A stretch of DNA of 62,185 nt from a virus (IMGVR_UViG_3300047189_000049:1-62185); one strand, 5' to 3'. Positions 1-9,706 are shown, counted from the stretch's first letter. Numbers and translations: made by a program. The notes: generated by a model not told the origin, from the letters alone.

Positions 1-2136
1 TCGCGTCAGGGATGACACCATGGCCGCGATCTTCGCGACATCCATGGCGTCATCCATGCCACTGCGCGGCTTGCCCTGCGGAGGCTGAGCAACGGCGAGC
101 GTGTTGTGAGGCGCGTCGTTCGGGATATCGAGACCCGGAGCGCCACCATCGGCGAATCCGCCACGCAGGCCGCCGGCCGAGCTCGGCACAGCGAGCGGCT
201 CGTCATTGGCGACGTCGTTGCCATTCGGGTCGAGGCCGCCGGTCTTGTCCTTGCCCCACCAGCCGTGATCCTTGCCGAGGTTGTACCCGGAGTTCACGTT
301 CTCGCCGAGCTTGGCCATCTGGTTCATCTGCTCGACGACGCCGGGGCCCTTCTCTGGAGTCTTGGCAACTGCGAGTTGTCCCACGGGCAGGTTTGCGGCT
401 GGGACGTGGCCCTGAACTCCGCCGTACATGCCGCCACCCGCAGGGGCGCCGTAAAGCCCACCACCGCTATACGGCGCGTACATCTGGCCGTGAGCCGAGG
501 CGAGACCGGTGAAGTCCGGGGATCCGCCGTCGGCGAAGCCCTCGCGCACGCCAGACGGCGACACGCTGCCGCCCATGGAGTCGCGCGTCGCCTTGTCGTA
601 GTCGACGGTCTTGTAGCCAGCGGCGAGACCGACGGCATCCGGATGCGAGTGCTCGACGTCCTGCGCCTTGAGGCCGATCTGCGTGCGGCCGTCGCCCTTG
701 TAGTTGTACCGGTAGATCGGCTGACCGTCGTGGGTCTTGCCGATCTCGTGCATGTTCTCCTTCAGGCGCTCGTCCGAGAAGAAGCCGCCGGGCTGCGTCG
801 ACGTCGTCGTCGAACCCGAGAGCGATCCAGTGCCTTCCGCGATGTTCGCGAGGAACTGCGACACCTGAAACGGATACGACTGCTGCTGCAGGAACTGGTT
901 GTACAGCGCCGTGTCCTGCGCCTGCTGCGTCTGCTGCTGCACCTGACCGGCGGCAAGTTGGGCCTGAGCGCCCTGAAGACCCGCCGTCTGCGCGCCGCTG
1001 CCGAGCTGCGCGAGGGTCTGTGCCGTCTGCTGGCCCTGACCGTAGAGCGCCTGACCGGCGCCGATCTGCGCCTGACCTCCGGAGAGACCGAGCTGCGAGA
1101 GCATCTGCGCGAGGCTCGCCTGCGTCTGCGCGGATTGCTGGCCCTGACCGAAGAGCTGACCAGCAAGCCCAGCCTGAGCCTGCCCACCGGCGAGCCCCTG
1201 ACCGAAGACCTGCTGGCCGAGGGCGGCCTGCTGCTCAGCGGTGCCCGTACCCTGACCGTAGACCTGCTGGCCGATGCCAGAGAGCTGCTGGCCGGCGCCG
1301 GCGAGCGCGGCGCGGTTGGCCTGCGCGGCGCCGAGGCCGACGCCCTGCTGCTGCTGGGCGGCGCCGAGCGCCTGCGTGTAGCCCTGATTCAGGATGTCCG
1401 AGTAGATCTTCGAGTTCGCGAGCTGCTGCTGCTGGCCGAGGTTGGCCGCGGCAATGCCGGCGCGGTCGCCGCCGAAGGCGCCGCTCTGAATCGCAGTGCC
1501 GAGCTGGCCGCTCTGCTGCTGTTGGTTCTGCTGGTTGAGCATGCCAGCGGTTCCCTGCAGGACCTGCTGGATGTAGGGGCTCATGAACTGCTGAGTGTTC
1601 AGCTGCCCCGGGTTCACGGCCTGCGCGCCGGCGAGGCCGAGCTGCGTCGCCATCGAGTTGTACGGCTGCGCGGCGCCGAGCGCCGACTGGTAGCCCTGCG
1701 CGGCCTGCGTGTTGAACGGCTGCGCGCTACCCTGAGCGCCGGAGATCGCCCCTTCTGCGCCCGCGTACAGCGGAGCGGATGCGCCCTGACCCTGCTGAAG
1801 ACTGCCGAGTGCCGCGGCGCCGAGACCGGCGCCAACGCCTATGCCCTGATTGATCGAGCCGATGCCGCTCTGGTAGAGAGGCATGGACTGGTCTTGTCCG
1901 GTACCAAGGGCGCCAGTGGCCGCCTGATAGTACGGCTGGGCCGCGCCGGCCGAGGTGTTCGTGTTCTGGACGCCAGCGTTCTGCGTATCCGTGAGCGGCG
2001 CGACGAACTGTCCGCTGTAGGTCTGGAACGGAGCGGAGGCCGCTGTCTGCGCCTGCGCATTGACGTTGTTGTATCGTGCGAGGACGTCCTGCGGGACAGT
2101 CACCGTCGATTGCGATTTTGAACTTTTACCGCCCAT
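1..2136 (-). CDS. Large ejection/DNA-delivery (internal virion) protein, N-terminal part; continues across the circular junction into 62185-60082 (~1387 aa total); contains an internal S74-type chaperone/autocleavage domain
   Basis: Absent from the ORF track because it runs off the window edge. Hand translation from ATG 2136 gives MGGKSSKSQSTVTVPQDVLARY..., a Q/G/A-rich body, FFSDERLKENMHEIG...IYRYNYKGD...IGLKAQDVE at ~777-590, then FADGG-delimited repeats; open to position 1. Confidence 0.8.
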   Translation of the reverse strand, partial: MGGKSSKSQSTVTVPQDVLARYNNVNAQAQTAASAPFQTYSGQFVAPLTDTQNAGVQNTNTSAGAAQPYYQAATGALGTGQDQSMPLYQSGIGSINQGIGVGAGLGAAALGSLQQGQGASAPLYAGAEGAISGAQGSAQPFNTQAAQGYQSALGAAQPYNSMATQLGLAGAQAVNPGQLNTQQFMSPYIQQVLQGTAGMLNQQNQQQQSGQLGTAIQSGAFGGDRAGIAAANLGQQQQLANSKIYSDILNQGYTQALGAAQQQQGVGLGAAQANRAALAGAGQQLSGIGQQVYGQGTGTAEQQAALGQQVFGQGLAGGQAQAGLAGQLFGQGQQSAQTQASLAQMLSQLGLSGGQAQIGAGQALYGQGQQTAQTLAQLGSGAQTAGLQGAQAQLAAGQVQQQTQQAQDTALYNQFLQQQSYPFQVSQFLANIAEGTGSLSGSTTTSTQPGGFFSDERLKENMHEIGKTHDGQPIYRYNYKGDGRTQIGLKAQDVEHSHPDAVGLAAGYKTVDYDKATRDSMGGSVSPSGVREGFADGGSPDFTGLASAHGQMYAPYSGGGLYGAPAGGGMYGGVQGHVPAANLPVGQLAVAKTPEKGPGVVEQMNQMAKLGENVNSGYNLGKDHGWWGKDKTGGLDPNGNDVANDEPLAVPSSAGGLRGGFADGGAPGLDIPNDAPHNTLAVAQPPQGKPRSGMDDAMDVAKIAAMVSSLTR
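10..76. repeat. Terminal direct overlap identical to 62119-62185 (circular assembly junction)
   Basis: 67 bp identity read directly; 10-129 also matches 61930-62049. Confidence 0.9.
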
Positions 2137-2285
2137 GCAGACCTCGTCCTTTCCCGAGAAAGGCACCGGACGTGCACGTCATCACATGGGCATCGAGAAA
2201 AGTAGGTAGGGTGCAACCCCTGATGCAAGCCGATGCCGATTATGGCATCGATCACTCCGTCTCTGTATACGAAAACGCGTTGCTG

Positions 2286-2873
2286 TCAACCGGAGACAGC
2301 ACCAACCTCACCCGTCTTGGCTCCGTAAAGGAAGAAAGCACCGCTTGCGAGTATCGGATCGCTCAATAGGCGCTGCTTCATTCGCGCCGACTGCTCTGCT
2401 CTTCGCTCGGGCGTCCATGATCTCTTGACAGATGCAGACGTCTTTGCCCGAGTCTCTGCGGGGATGGTCCTTCCGATCTGGGAGACAGATATTTTGTGCC
2501 GAGTCTCCGCCGATACGATCTTCCCCTTCATGAGTCTAGAGACGCCGATCTTCCATTCTTCTGATCGACGGAAGCCTGAACACCCGCCTCCGCCATTCGT
2601 CAAGTTGACCAGAGGGTGCCCTACGGATCTCCAGTGAAGGATTCTCTGCTGCTCTAAAAGATACGCGTCTTGCTCGCTCATCTCTCTGGCAACTATCGTA
2701 ACCAGAACTCTTGACCCAGACAGGCGCAACTCCTCCTGCACAGCTAGGTGGTGCTTGTGACGTAGATTCATGTAATAAGCGCGACCACGCCGCCCCTTTC
2801 CAACATAGAAACACTCATCGGTGTCTGATCTCCAGTGCTCATAGACGTAGAATTTGTTTTTTCCGACGCTCAT
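2286..2873 (-). mobile_element. Free-standing GIY-YIG-like homing endonuclease with NUMOD3-like repeats
   Basis: FYVYEHWR...FYVGKG..RAY, LVNLTNGGGG, SAETRHKIS/PAETRAKTS repeats; lower GC than flanks; C-terminus duplicates the end of the upstream gene. Confidence 0.8.
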
Positions 2874-3358
2874 TCTTGCGCCGATCCGGTTTTCGCTCCG
2901 TACAGGAAAAACGCACCAGCGGGAGCCCCAAATATTCTCTGGTACATCTTCACCTTGCCTTCAGTGCGGTGATTCGACAGCACGCCGATGATCAGCGGCA
3001 TACCGAGCTTGTCAGCGGTCTGCTTCCCGAATTCGCACAGCTTTTTCGCGCGACCGCCCTTGGCGCTGCGGAACTCCGGGTAGATGAAGATCGCCTTCTC
3101 CTCCAGCACTGGGGCCTCGGAGTACCACATCGTGCCGATGCGCAGCAGGATCATGCCCTCGATGCCGCCGCCCGGCGGCCCGATGACTGCGCACAGGCCG
3201 TGATCGAGATGCGTCGCCGACCAGAAGTCCTGCGCGAGTCGCGGGATGCTGGGTTCGAGGAATCCGTTGTCCTTGCAGCCGGCCACTGCCAGCTTCATGA
3301 GCTCGTCCATGTCGTCAGGGGTTGCGATACGGATGACCAGCTCGGGTTCGTCAGTCAT
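2870..3358 (-). CDS. GNAT-fold acetyltransferase-like protein
   Basis: IRIATPDDM at N-terminus, FIYPEFRSAKGGRAKKL acetyl-CoA-loop-like motif; sits just upstream of the ejection genes; start moved to ATG 3358. Confidence 0.6.
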   Translation of the reverse strand: MTDEPELVIRIATPDDMDELMKLAVAGCKDNGFLEPSIPRLAQDFWSATHLDHGLCAVIGPPGGGIEGMILLRIGTMWYSEAPVLEEKAIFIYPEFRSAKGGRAKKLCEFGKQTADKLGMPLIIGVLSNHRTEGKVKMYQRIFGAPAGAFFLYGAKTGSAQE

Positions 3359-3362
3359 GGCG

Positions 3363-3974
3363 TCAGTCCTTACGTGGTGGGGCAAGATTCTTCAGCGTCT
3401 TGATGGTATCGCGCCGGTAGCGCTTCACGAACTCGTCGAGCACACGGTGGCCCATGTCGAGGTCGCCGTCGCCGGCCACGCGCACTTCGTCTGGGGATAG
3501 CACGTACTCACCGCCCGCGGCGACGATGGCAACGCCCGGGTCTTTCGCCGCGACCTGACCGCCAGCAGCACGCTGCACTGGCTCGCCGTACGGGCCGGCT
3601 CCCTGACCATAGGGCATGTCGCCGGCGCCACCGTACGGCAGGCCGCTGAACATGCGGCGCATGTGCTTGAAGCCCGCCATCGTGTTGCCTTCGCCCATCG
3701 CCGAGATGATGTCGGCGGGGATCACGTACGAGCCGCTCGGCACGTGCATCGGCAGATGGTCGGTGCGGCCCGCCACCGGGCTGTGTATCGGACCGGTGTG
3801 CAGGTGCGAGCCCATGGTCTGGGTGGTCGTCGTGAAGCTGCCGCCGCCGGCCTTGGCCTTGCGGGCGACGTCCAGCGCGATGGCGACGGCCTGCTTCTGC
3901 GGGCGGCCGGTGCCGACGAGCTCGGAGATGTTCGCCGAGATGGCTTTGCGGGAGTGACCTTTTGCGAGTGGCAT
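3363..3974 (-). CDS. Virion-associated protein with GG tags and GxYV motifs
   Basis: MPLAKGHSRKAISANISEL..RPQKQAVAIAL N-terminus; GRTDHLPMHVPSGSYVIPAD and AAGGEYVLSPD; in structural operon. Confidence 0.6.
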   Translation of the reverse strand: MPLAKGHSRKAISANISELVGTGRPQKQAVAIALDVARKAKAGGGSFTTTTQTMGSHLHTGPIHSPVAGRTDHLPMHVPSGSYVIPADIISAMGEGNTMAGFKHMRRMFSGLPYGGAGDMPYGQGAGPYGEPVQRAAGGQVAAKDPGVAIVAAGGEYVLSPDEVRVAGDGDLDMGHRVLDEFVKRYRRDTIKTLKNLAPPRKD

Positions 3975-3981
3975 GGCGGCC

Positions 3982-4323
3982 TCAGGAGTAGCTGACAGTC
4001 ACGGTCTGGCCGGTCCCGGGGACCACGAGCAGGCCGATGCGCGTCGGCATGTTCACGACGTAGACGCCAGTGGTGTTTGGGATGACGAAGAGCTTCTTGG
4101 AGGTGCCGGTCGTCGTGTTCGAGTCGTACACCGAGCCCGGAGCCGAGCCCGCGACGGTCACGACCACGTTGCACACGCGACCCGCCGTGGTCTTGAGGAC
4201 CGTGGCGGCCGTTAGGTCGGGCAGATTGCTCGCGCCCTGCACGTTCAGGTAGTTCTGCGCGACGGTGTTGACCGCCGTCACGAGGTTCTTTGCAGCTGTA
4301 AGGATGTCGCCGAGATTGCTCAT
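3982..4323 (-). CDS. Small virion structural protein
   Basis: T/V-rich beta-type sequence; coupled to upstream tail gene. Confidence 0.55.
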   Translation of the reverse strand: MSNLGDILTAAKNLVTAVNTVAQNYLNVQGASNLPDLTAATVLKTTAGRVCNVVVTVAGSAPGSVYDSNTTTGTSKKLFVIPNTTGVYVVNMPTRIGLLVVPGTGQTVTVSYS

Positions 4324-6644
4324 TAGAATTTCCCGTCAGGTGCGTATCGGTAGCGCATGCCGCCGAGGCGCCACCACGACCCGATGTCTTGGCTGGAGAT
4401 CTTGATCGACAGCAGGCGGCCGCGGATGCGCGGCGTCACGAACTGCGTGCCCTGCACGAGCGTGTACGGACCGTCGACAATCGGCGTCTGGCCCGGGTAG
4501 TCGGCGAAGTAGAAGGTCAGCTGGACGCTCGCGTTCTGCGCGGCGCCGTAGTACCCCCACTTCATGTCCGGCCACACCTGATCGACGAACGTCTTGAGGT
4601 CGCCGTCGCCGATGGCGAAGTAACCGGTCTGGATGAATGGCAGCATCGCCTGCCCGTCGGCGTCCGTCGACGTCTCGTGCTGGTACAGGTACATCAGCGT
4701 CGGGTCGAATCCGATTGGCGGACCGAGCACGGACTGGTCGAGCCACGCTGTACGGGCGAGAGAGCCGAAGTCCCACGCGCCGAGCACGGCGTTGAACTTC
4801 ACGTAGGCCGCGACCTCGCCATTGCTCGTCGTGGTCGGGTAGTACCACGTGATTTCCGAGAAGCGCGAGTTCACGGCGACGCGGATCTTGTCGAGGTTGG
4901 TCTGGTCGAGGTTCTGGAAGATGACGTCCCACAGCGGGCACGGCAGCGGCTGCACGCCGCCGCTCGACAGCGAGAAGAACTGCGACGGCCCCATCCAGTA
5001 GACGGTGCCGTTCAGCGTGGCGGCCGCGCGGCGCGCGATCAGGCCGCAGCCGTTGCCGATCTCGTTGAAGCTGTAGATGTACGGCTGGCCGATGTACTGC
5101 ATGCTCCAGATGCCGAGGTCGGTCCAGATGTAGCCCTGCTGCGGGCCCTGCAGGGCGCCGACGATGCGCGATCCCTTCGGGATGCGGTAGCTGCCGGCCT
5201 GATTCGTGACAGAGCCGATCCACGTGTTGTAGTTGTTGACGTCGCACCAGCGCACGAGTAGCGGGTCGATGATGCCAGTGAAAGTCGTGCCCCACGCGAT
5301 GATCTGGCGCTGCGGCATGGCAACGAAGAAGCCGGAGACCACCGGCGGCCCATACGGCAGGACCGTGGCCGTCGGGCTGCCGCCCAGCGGGTTCCACTGG
5401 TACAGGGGCTGGTACGGCGACGTGTTCACGAGGACCTGCGCGGTGCCGCTCAGGTTGACGACGCCGCCATAGACGAAGGACACACTGTTGGCCGTGCTCG
5501 CCGTCACCGTCCAGTTTCCGTTCCACGTGTTGGGCGTGGCGCCGGACACCGTGATGATCTCGCCGGCGTCCACGGTGATCGTGGTGCCCGGGAAGTTCAG
5601 CGTGCCGACGCCGGCCGCGATGCCGGAGCTCGTCGCCGTCATGACCTCGGGAGGCACATTCGGCGCGGCGATCATGCTCTCGCCCCAGTTGTCGAGACCC
5701 CAGTTGCTGGCGCTTACCGGAGTACCGGTGGTCGGCGCGACCGCGGTGCCCGTGCCGTATCCGCCAGAGCCGTAGCCGCCAATGCCGTAGCCTGTGCCAG
5801 ACGGGATGGCACCCACTCCGAAGCCGTAGATGTACCGGGCATTGCCGCCGTTGACGCTGGCCGACGTGGTCGCCGACGCCAGCGTGTTTGCTGAGATCGT
5901 GAAGTTGTTGGCGTCGATCACCGTCTGCACGACGAAGTTGCCGTAGAGCGTGATGCCGCCGACTGTGAGCGGAACGAGCAGCGGGTAGGTGTTGCCGACC
6001 ACGTAGCCGTGGTTGTTCAGCGTCACCTGCACGACGGCGCTGCCGCTCGTCGTGGCAAGCAGGGGCACCGTGGTAACTGCGCTCGTGCCGGTTGCCAGCT
6101 GCGGGTTGCCGAAGATGTCCTGCGCGTAGACCGTGTAGGAGTTCGCGCTGATGTACCCGTCAGGGTCGCACGGGTAGAGGCCGAAAAGGACGAGGCCGCC
6201 GACGCTGATGTGCACCGGGATGTAGACGGTGTCGTACCCGGTGATGTTGGTAATGGTGTTGTCGGTGATCACGACCTTTGCGGTGTTGATCGTCGACGCC
6301 GCAGCGGCCGTGATGTTGTCCGTCAGGGACCGCGGGGTGACGTCCTCAAGGATGCCCTGCGTGATCACGGCGAGCTGCGACTGATAGGTGCCCGCAGCGT
6401 TCTGAGTGCCGTAGCCGAGATGCGGGAAACTGTTCGTGTCCTGCCATGCGAGCATGCTGCGCACGACGGACGAGATCTGGTTTGGGTAGAACTTGGTCCA
6501 GCCGCCAAGCTTCTGCGCGATGCCGCCGAGCTTTGGGTCCGGCAGGAAACGGATCAGGTTCGACGTCGAGAACCCGGCCTCGTTGAGCACCGGGGTCTCG
6601 TTCTGGTTGATCCCCGGCTGCAGCTTGAGCGTTGCGTGCGGCAC
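4323..6644 (-). CDS. Tail nozzle/stabilisation protein (tail tubular B or P22 gp10-like)
   Basis: 773 aa; LDNWGE, LLVRWCD, WTDLGIWSMQYIG, YWMG, EITWYYP motifs, ending WRLGGMRYRYAPDGKF. Confidence 0.7.
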   Translation of the reverse strand: MPHATLKLQPGINQNETPVLNEAGFSTSNLIRFLPDPKLGGIAQKLGGWTKFYPNQISSVVRSMLAWQDTNSFPHLGYGTQNAAGTYQSQLAVITQGILEDVTPRSLTDNITAAAASTINTAKVVITDNTITNITGYDTVYIPVHISVGGLVLFGLYPCDPDGYISANSYTVYAQDIFGNPQLATGTSAVTTVPLLATTSGSAVVQVTLNNHGYVVGNTYPLLVPLTVGGITLYGNFVVQTVIDANNFTISANTLASATTSASVNGGNARYIYGFGVGAIPSGTGYGIGGYGSGGYGTGTAVAPTTGTPVSASNWGLDNWGESMIAAPNVPPEVMTATSSGIAAGVGTLNFPGTTITVDAGEIITVSGATPNTWNGNWTVTASTANSVSFVYGGVVNLSGTAQVLVNTSPYQPLYQWNPLGGSPTATVLPYGPPVVSGFFVAMPQRQIIAWGTTFTGIIDPLLVRWCDVNNYNTWIGSVTNQAGSYRIPKGSRIVGALQGPQQGYIWTDLGIWSMQYIGQPYIYSFNEIGNGCGLIARRAAATLNGTVYWMGPSQFFSLSSGGVQPLPCPLWDVIFQNLDQTNLDKIRVAVNSRFSEITWYYPTTTSNGEVAAYVKFNAVLGAWDFGSLARTAWLDQSVLGPPIGFDPTLMYLYQHETSTDADGQAMLPFIQTGYFAIGDGDLKTFVDQVWPDMKWGYYGAAQNASVQLTFYFADYPGQTPIVDGPYTLVQGTQFVTPRIRGRLLSIKISSQDIGSWWRLGGMRYRYAPDGKF

Positions 6645-6647
6645 GGC

Positions 6648-7409
6648 TTAACGGCTGGGCGTAGCAGCGGCCGGCACGGACATCGAGCTCCACGCGCTCG
6701 CCGTGAACTTCTTGCGGCCCTCTTCGGTGAGCGCGCCCTTGAGCAGGTTCTGGTACTGGTTCTCGTACGAGCCCGGCATCTCCGGGTCGTTGCCCTGCGC
6801 ACCGAAATTTCGCTGGTAGCCGCTGACGTAGATCATCGCGGCCATCAGCAGCATGTCCGGCAGGTTCGTGCTGATGAAGGTCGTAGTCGTGTTCGCGACC
6901 GGGTTCGTGTTGAACTGGTTGAGCGACTGCTGGCGGACCGTGCCGTACGCCGTGATCGAGTAGTTCGCGTCGGCGTAGGGCCCGAAGAGCACGTTCAGGC
7001 TCGTGTTGCCGGTGCTCGCGAGGTCTCCGCCGGCCATGGCGAAGTACAGGGGCGGACCTGTGACGGCGTTGCTGCCGTAGACGTTCTGGATGAACTCCTT
7101 ACTCACCGGTAGGATCGGGCCGCTCGGCGACGTCAGCGTCTGCAGCGTCACGAAGTCGTTGACAGAGATCGCCAGCAGGTTAGTGCCGAGGTTCAGCTGG
7201 TAGGTGTTCGACACCAGCAGGCTGAGCAGGTCGAGGTCGCGCTGGATGCGCAGCTCGGCGTAGTTCAGGGCCTGCGGGATCAGCGCGAGGAACGGCGCGC
7301 TGCCCGGCGTCACGACCCCGCTGATGGTCGACACGTTCTCCACGGCCAGCGTCGCGAGCTGAGTTACGAAGCCGTTGTACGTCAGCGGCGTGGGGTTGGG
7401 TGCCGACAT
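6648..7409 (-). CDS. Head-tail adaptor / tail tubular protein A-like
   Basis: LTYNGFV..ALNYAELRIQRDL, GPPLYFA, PDMLLMAAM; position before nozzle gene. Confidence 0.6.
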   Translation of the reverse strand: MSAPNPTPLTYNGFVTQLATLAVENVSTISGVVTPGSAPFLALIPQALNYAELRIQRDLDLLSLLVSNTYQLNLGTNLLAISVNDFVTLQTLTSPSGPILPVSKEFIQNVYGSNAVTGPPLYFAMAGGDLASTGNTSLNVLFGPYADANYSITAYGTVRQQSLNQFNTNPVANTTTTFISTNLPDMLLMAAMIYVSGYQRNFGAQGNDPEMPGSYENQYQNLLKGALTEEGRKKFTASAWSSMSVPAAATPSR

Positions 7410-7473
7410 GGGCGAAATCCGCCTTTACAAGACAGGGGCTTCTGTGATAGTAGCACGGCGCCGTGGGGTGGCC

Positions 7474-7502
7474 AAGAAAAAGGCCCCGACGGACGGGGCC
7501 TT
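7474..7502 (-). terminator. Intrinsic terminator
   Basis: AAGGCCCCG/CGGGGCCTT stem with a T-tract on the minus strand. Confidence 0.7.
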
Positions 7503-7530
7503 GCAGTGCCGGGATTCTGGCTCGGGCTAC

Positions 7531-8037
7531 TTACTGCCCGCTGTTTCGCGAGTCGTAGACTACGACGCCCCCGACGGCACTCGCCACGAGGGCGCATGCT
7601 ACCGGCGTGACCTTGTTCGCGGCAAGGTAGAGCTCCGGCACGATCTTGGCCTTCTCCATGGCCGCCGTGATCAGTTCCGAGCAGAACCAGCTGTCGTCAT
7701 CGCGCCAATTGCGGTTGACCGCGAAGGCGAAAATGGCGGTGTGATCATACGGCTTTCCGACCTGAGCACGCAGGAACGCGTAGAACTTCTTCTCCTGCGT
7801 CTTCGTGCACGGCACGTTGATCTGCACGACCAGCTTCCACGGCTCGTACGCCGCCGGCCGGGCATAGACGCCTTTCGGCGTCCCACCCGGACCGTCGGAC
7901 CGCGAGCCCAGCAGCGCACCGCTGGGCATGACGGCGTCGACATGCGAGAAGTGGCCCGCACTGAACCACGCGATGGCCGCACTGGCCAGCGCGTGACCCA
8001 GCACGAACTGCAGACGGATGTGGCCGTCAGCTGACAC
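7531..8037 (-). CDS. Permuted papain-like (YiiX/C92-type) cysteine hydrolase
   Basis: FSHVDAV (His) precedes GKPYD...WFCSELI (Cys); GTG start 8037 overlaps upstream stop. Confidence 0.75.
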   Translation of the reverse strand: MSADGHIRLQFVLGHALASAAIAWFSAGHFSHVDAVMPSGALLGSRSDGPGGTPKGVYARPAAYEPWKLVVQINVPCTKTQEKKFYAFLRAQVGKPYDHTAIFAFAVNRNWRDDDSWFCSELITAAMEKAKIVPELYLAANKVTPVACALVASAVGGVVVYDSRNSGQ

Positions 8038-8272
8038 TGGCGGCGCCGTTCTGCAGGGCGTTTTCGAGGTGCTCGCCGAGGATGGCGTGTGCCGCCTCCC
8101 CGGTGAGCGCAGCCTGCACCGGCGCGGCAGGCACGGGCGCCTGCTCTGCGAGGACGACGACGTCAACGACGTCGCCCTCCTTGATGCCGGTGAACAGCTC
8201 CGGGCTCATGGTACGAAGCATGATGTTCGTACCACGAGGGCCATGACGAACCCCTTCGACGAGGTGCTTCAT
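8027..8272 (-). CDS. Hypothetical protein
   Basis: 81-aa ORF fitting operon spacing and codon style. Confidence 0.5.
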   Translation of the reverse strand: MKHLVEGVRHGPRGTNIMLRTMSPELFTGIKEGDVVDVVVLAEQAPVPAAPVQAALTGEAAHAILGEHLENALQNGAASVS

Positions 8273-8276
8273 GGCA

Positions 8277-8675
8277 TCAGGCCGCGGGGGCGGCGACCGG
8301 CGTGCCGTACTTCGTGATGTAGGCCTGCGCGGCCTTCGACACGTAGCCCAGCGCCGTGTTCAGCAGGTCGGTGACGGCGCCGCCGAGCAGCGTGTTGTTC
8401 GCCGCGCCGGCCAGCTTGGCCACGATGCCGGTGTTGATCTGCACGAGCAGTGCGGCCACGACCGGGTCGCCGTTCAGCAGGTCGTTGATGGCCGTGGTCA
8501 GGGAGCCGAGGTCGCCGGCATTGGCGTTCTGCACGGCAGCGACGCCTTCGACGATCTTCTGGGCGCGGGCAACTTCCTTGACGTGGTCGCCGCCATTGCC
8601 GAGACGGATCGCGACGTCGGTGACCAGTTCGATGGCGCCGCCGACGATGGGATCGTTCAGATTCAGGTTGGACAT
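8277..8675 (-). CDS. Hypothetical protein (helical, A/L-rich)
   Basis: AAGGAG RBS, GC3-rich codons. Confidence 0.6.
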   Translation of the reverse strand: MSNLNLNDPIVGGAIELVTDVAIRLGNGGDHVKEVARAQKIVEGVAAVQNANAGDLGSLTTAINDLLNGDPVVAALLVQINTGIVAKLAGAANNTLLGGAVTDLLNTALGYVSKAAQAYITKYGTPVAAPAA

Positions 8676-8731
8676 GAAAACTCCTTGCGGATTGAGGTGG
8701 ATTGTGAGTGCCCTAGGGGCGCCGGCCGAGT

Positions 8732-9118
8732 CTAACCGAACTCGCTGGCGGGTGCACCATCTGCAGGGATGGCCGCCAGCGGATAGTCGTCGGCAACTGA
8801 CGACAGGGCGGCCGCAGCCCGGTCCCGCTCGATCTGCAGCTGCAGCTCGGCCTTCAGGCGCCAGATGGCCTTGGCGAGGTGGTAGGCGCCGTCCTTGTCC
8901 CTCACGACGCCGCTCTTGTGGTCAAGCATGTGCCGGAAGGCTGTATTGAGCTGGTCCGTGCTCTTCTCGCGCGCCCAGTGCAGTGGCTCGCCGGGGTTGT
9001 GCTGGTCGTTGCCGATGACGGCCACGCGACACTCCTCGATCAGGGAGTCTGGGAAGTACTCTGTGATGTACGTGAAAAGCGGCAGCGCCTTGCGTGCCTT
9101 GTCGTCCGTCGGCAGCAT
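8732..9118 (-). CDS. dATP/dGTP diphosphohydrolase-like protein (DUF5664 family)
   Basis: RKALPL..YFPD, GNDQHNPGEPLHWAREKS, RHMLD, DGAYHLAKAIWR; TAATG coupling at 9118. Confidence 0.65.
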   Translation of the reverse strand: MLPTDDKARKALPLFTYITEYFPDSLIEECRVAVIGNDQHNPGEPLHWAREKSTDQLNTAFRHMLDHKSGVVRDKDGAYHLAKAIWRLKAELQLQIERDRAAAALSSVADDYPLAAIPADGAPASEFG

Positions 9119-9339
9119 TACTTGTTCCCCCATTTGATGGCGTTGAAGAACCGGCGCAGCACGAACTGCCGCACCAGCGAGATCACGGTGAAGACGAGGC
9201 CGATCTCGAAGGCCACACCGCCCGTCAGGTTGAATCCGAAGGCTGGCAGCACGACCATGTTGGCGCACCAGTTGATGGTGAACCCGATGGCGATGTTGAC
9301 GCATGCCTCGGCGAAGGAGCCCTTGTAGGTCTGACTCAT
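9118..9339 (-). CDS. Small two-TM membrane protein
   Basis: SFAEACVNIAIGF...FTVISLVRQFVLRRFFN, a common phage family. Confidence 0.65.
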   Translation of the reverse strand: MSQTYKGSFAEACVNIAIGFTINWCANMVVLPAFGFNLTGGVAFEIGLVFTVISLVRQFVLRRFFNAIKWGNK

Positions 9340-9704
9340 GTTGAATTTCTCCTCTGTGTGCGCCAGTGCCTTCCCTTAGCTACCATGTCGCGCATATTGT
9401 CGGTATGTGATCCAAGCTCCAGATGGATCGGATTGATGCACCGTGGGTTGTCGCACGAGTGCAGGACGTGCTTGTCGCCCGGACACTCTCCCCACGTCAT
9501 GGCATACGCCGCGCGGTGGGAAAGGCAGCGACGGTGAGACCGTGCTGTCCTGCCAACCATCTCAACTACGCCATATCCCTTGACTCGCTCTGAGCCCTGA
9601 AATTCCATGCAGCCATTTGGCGTGAGCCGCATGTTCGACCAGAACTGAGCGATGCGGTATGGACTGAAGTCGTCCACCGTTACCGTCTTGATTGGCGCCC
9701 TCAT
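9336..9704 (-). mobile_element. HNH homing endonuclease (HNH_3 type)
   Basis: GYG..SHRAAY..VLHSCDNPRCINPIHLELGSHTDNMRDM. Confidence 0.85.
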
Positions 9705-9706
9705 GC

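Noticed and set aside
106-2121. 671-aa plus-strand ORF
   Set aside because: Antisense shadow of the real minus-strand ejection gene starting at 2136; no motifs
8732-9118. 2-aminoadenine (Z) genome pathway
   Set aside because: No PurZ or dedicated DNA polymerase seen
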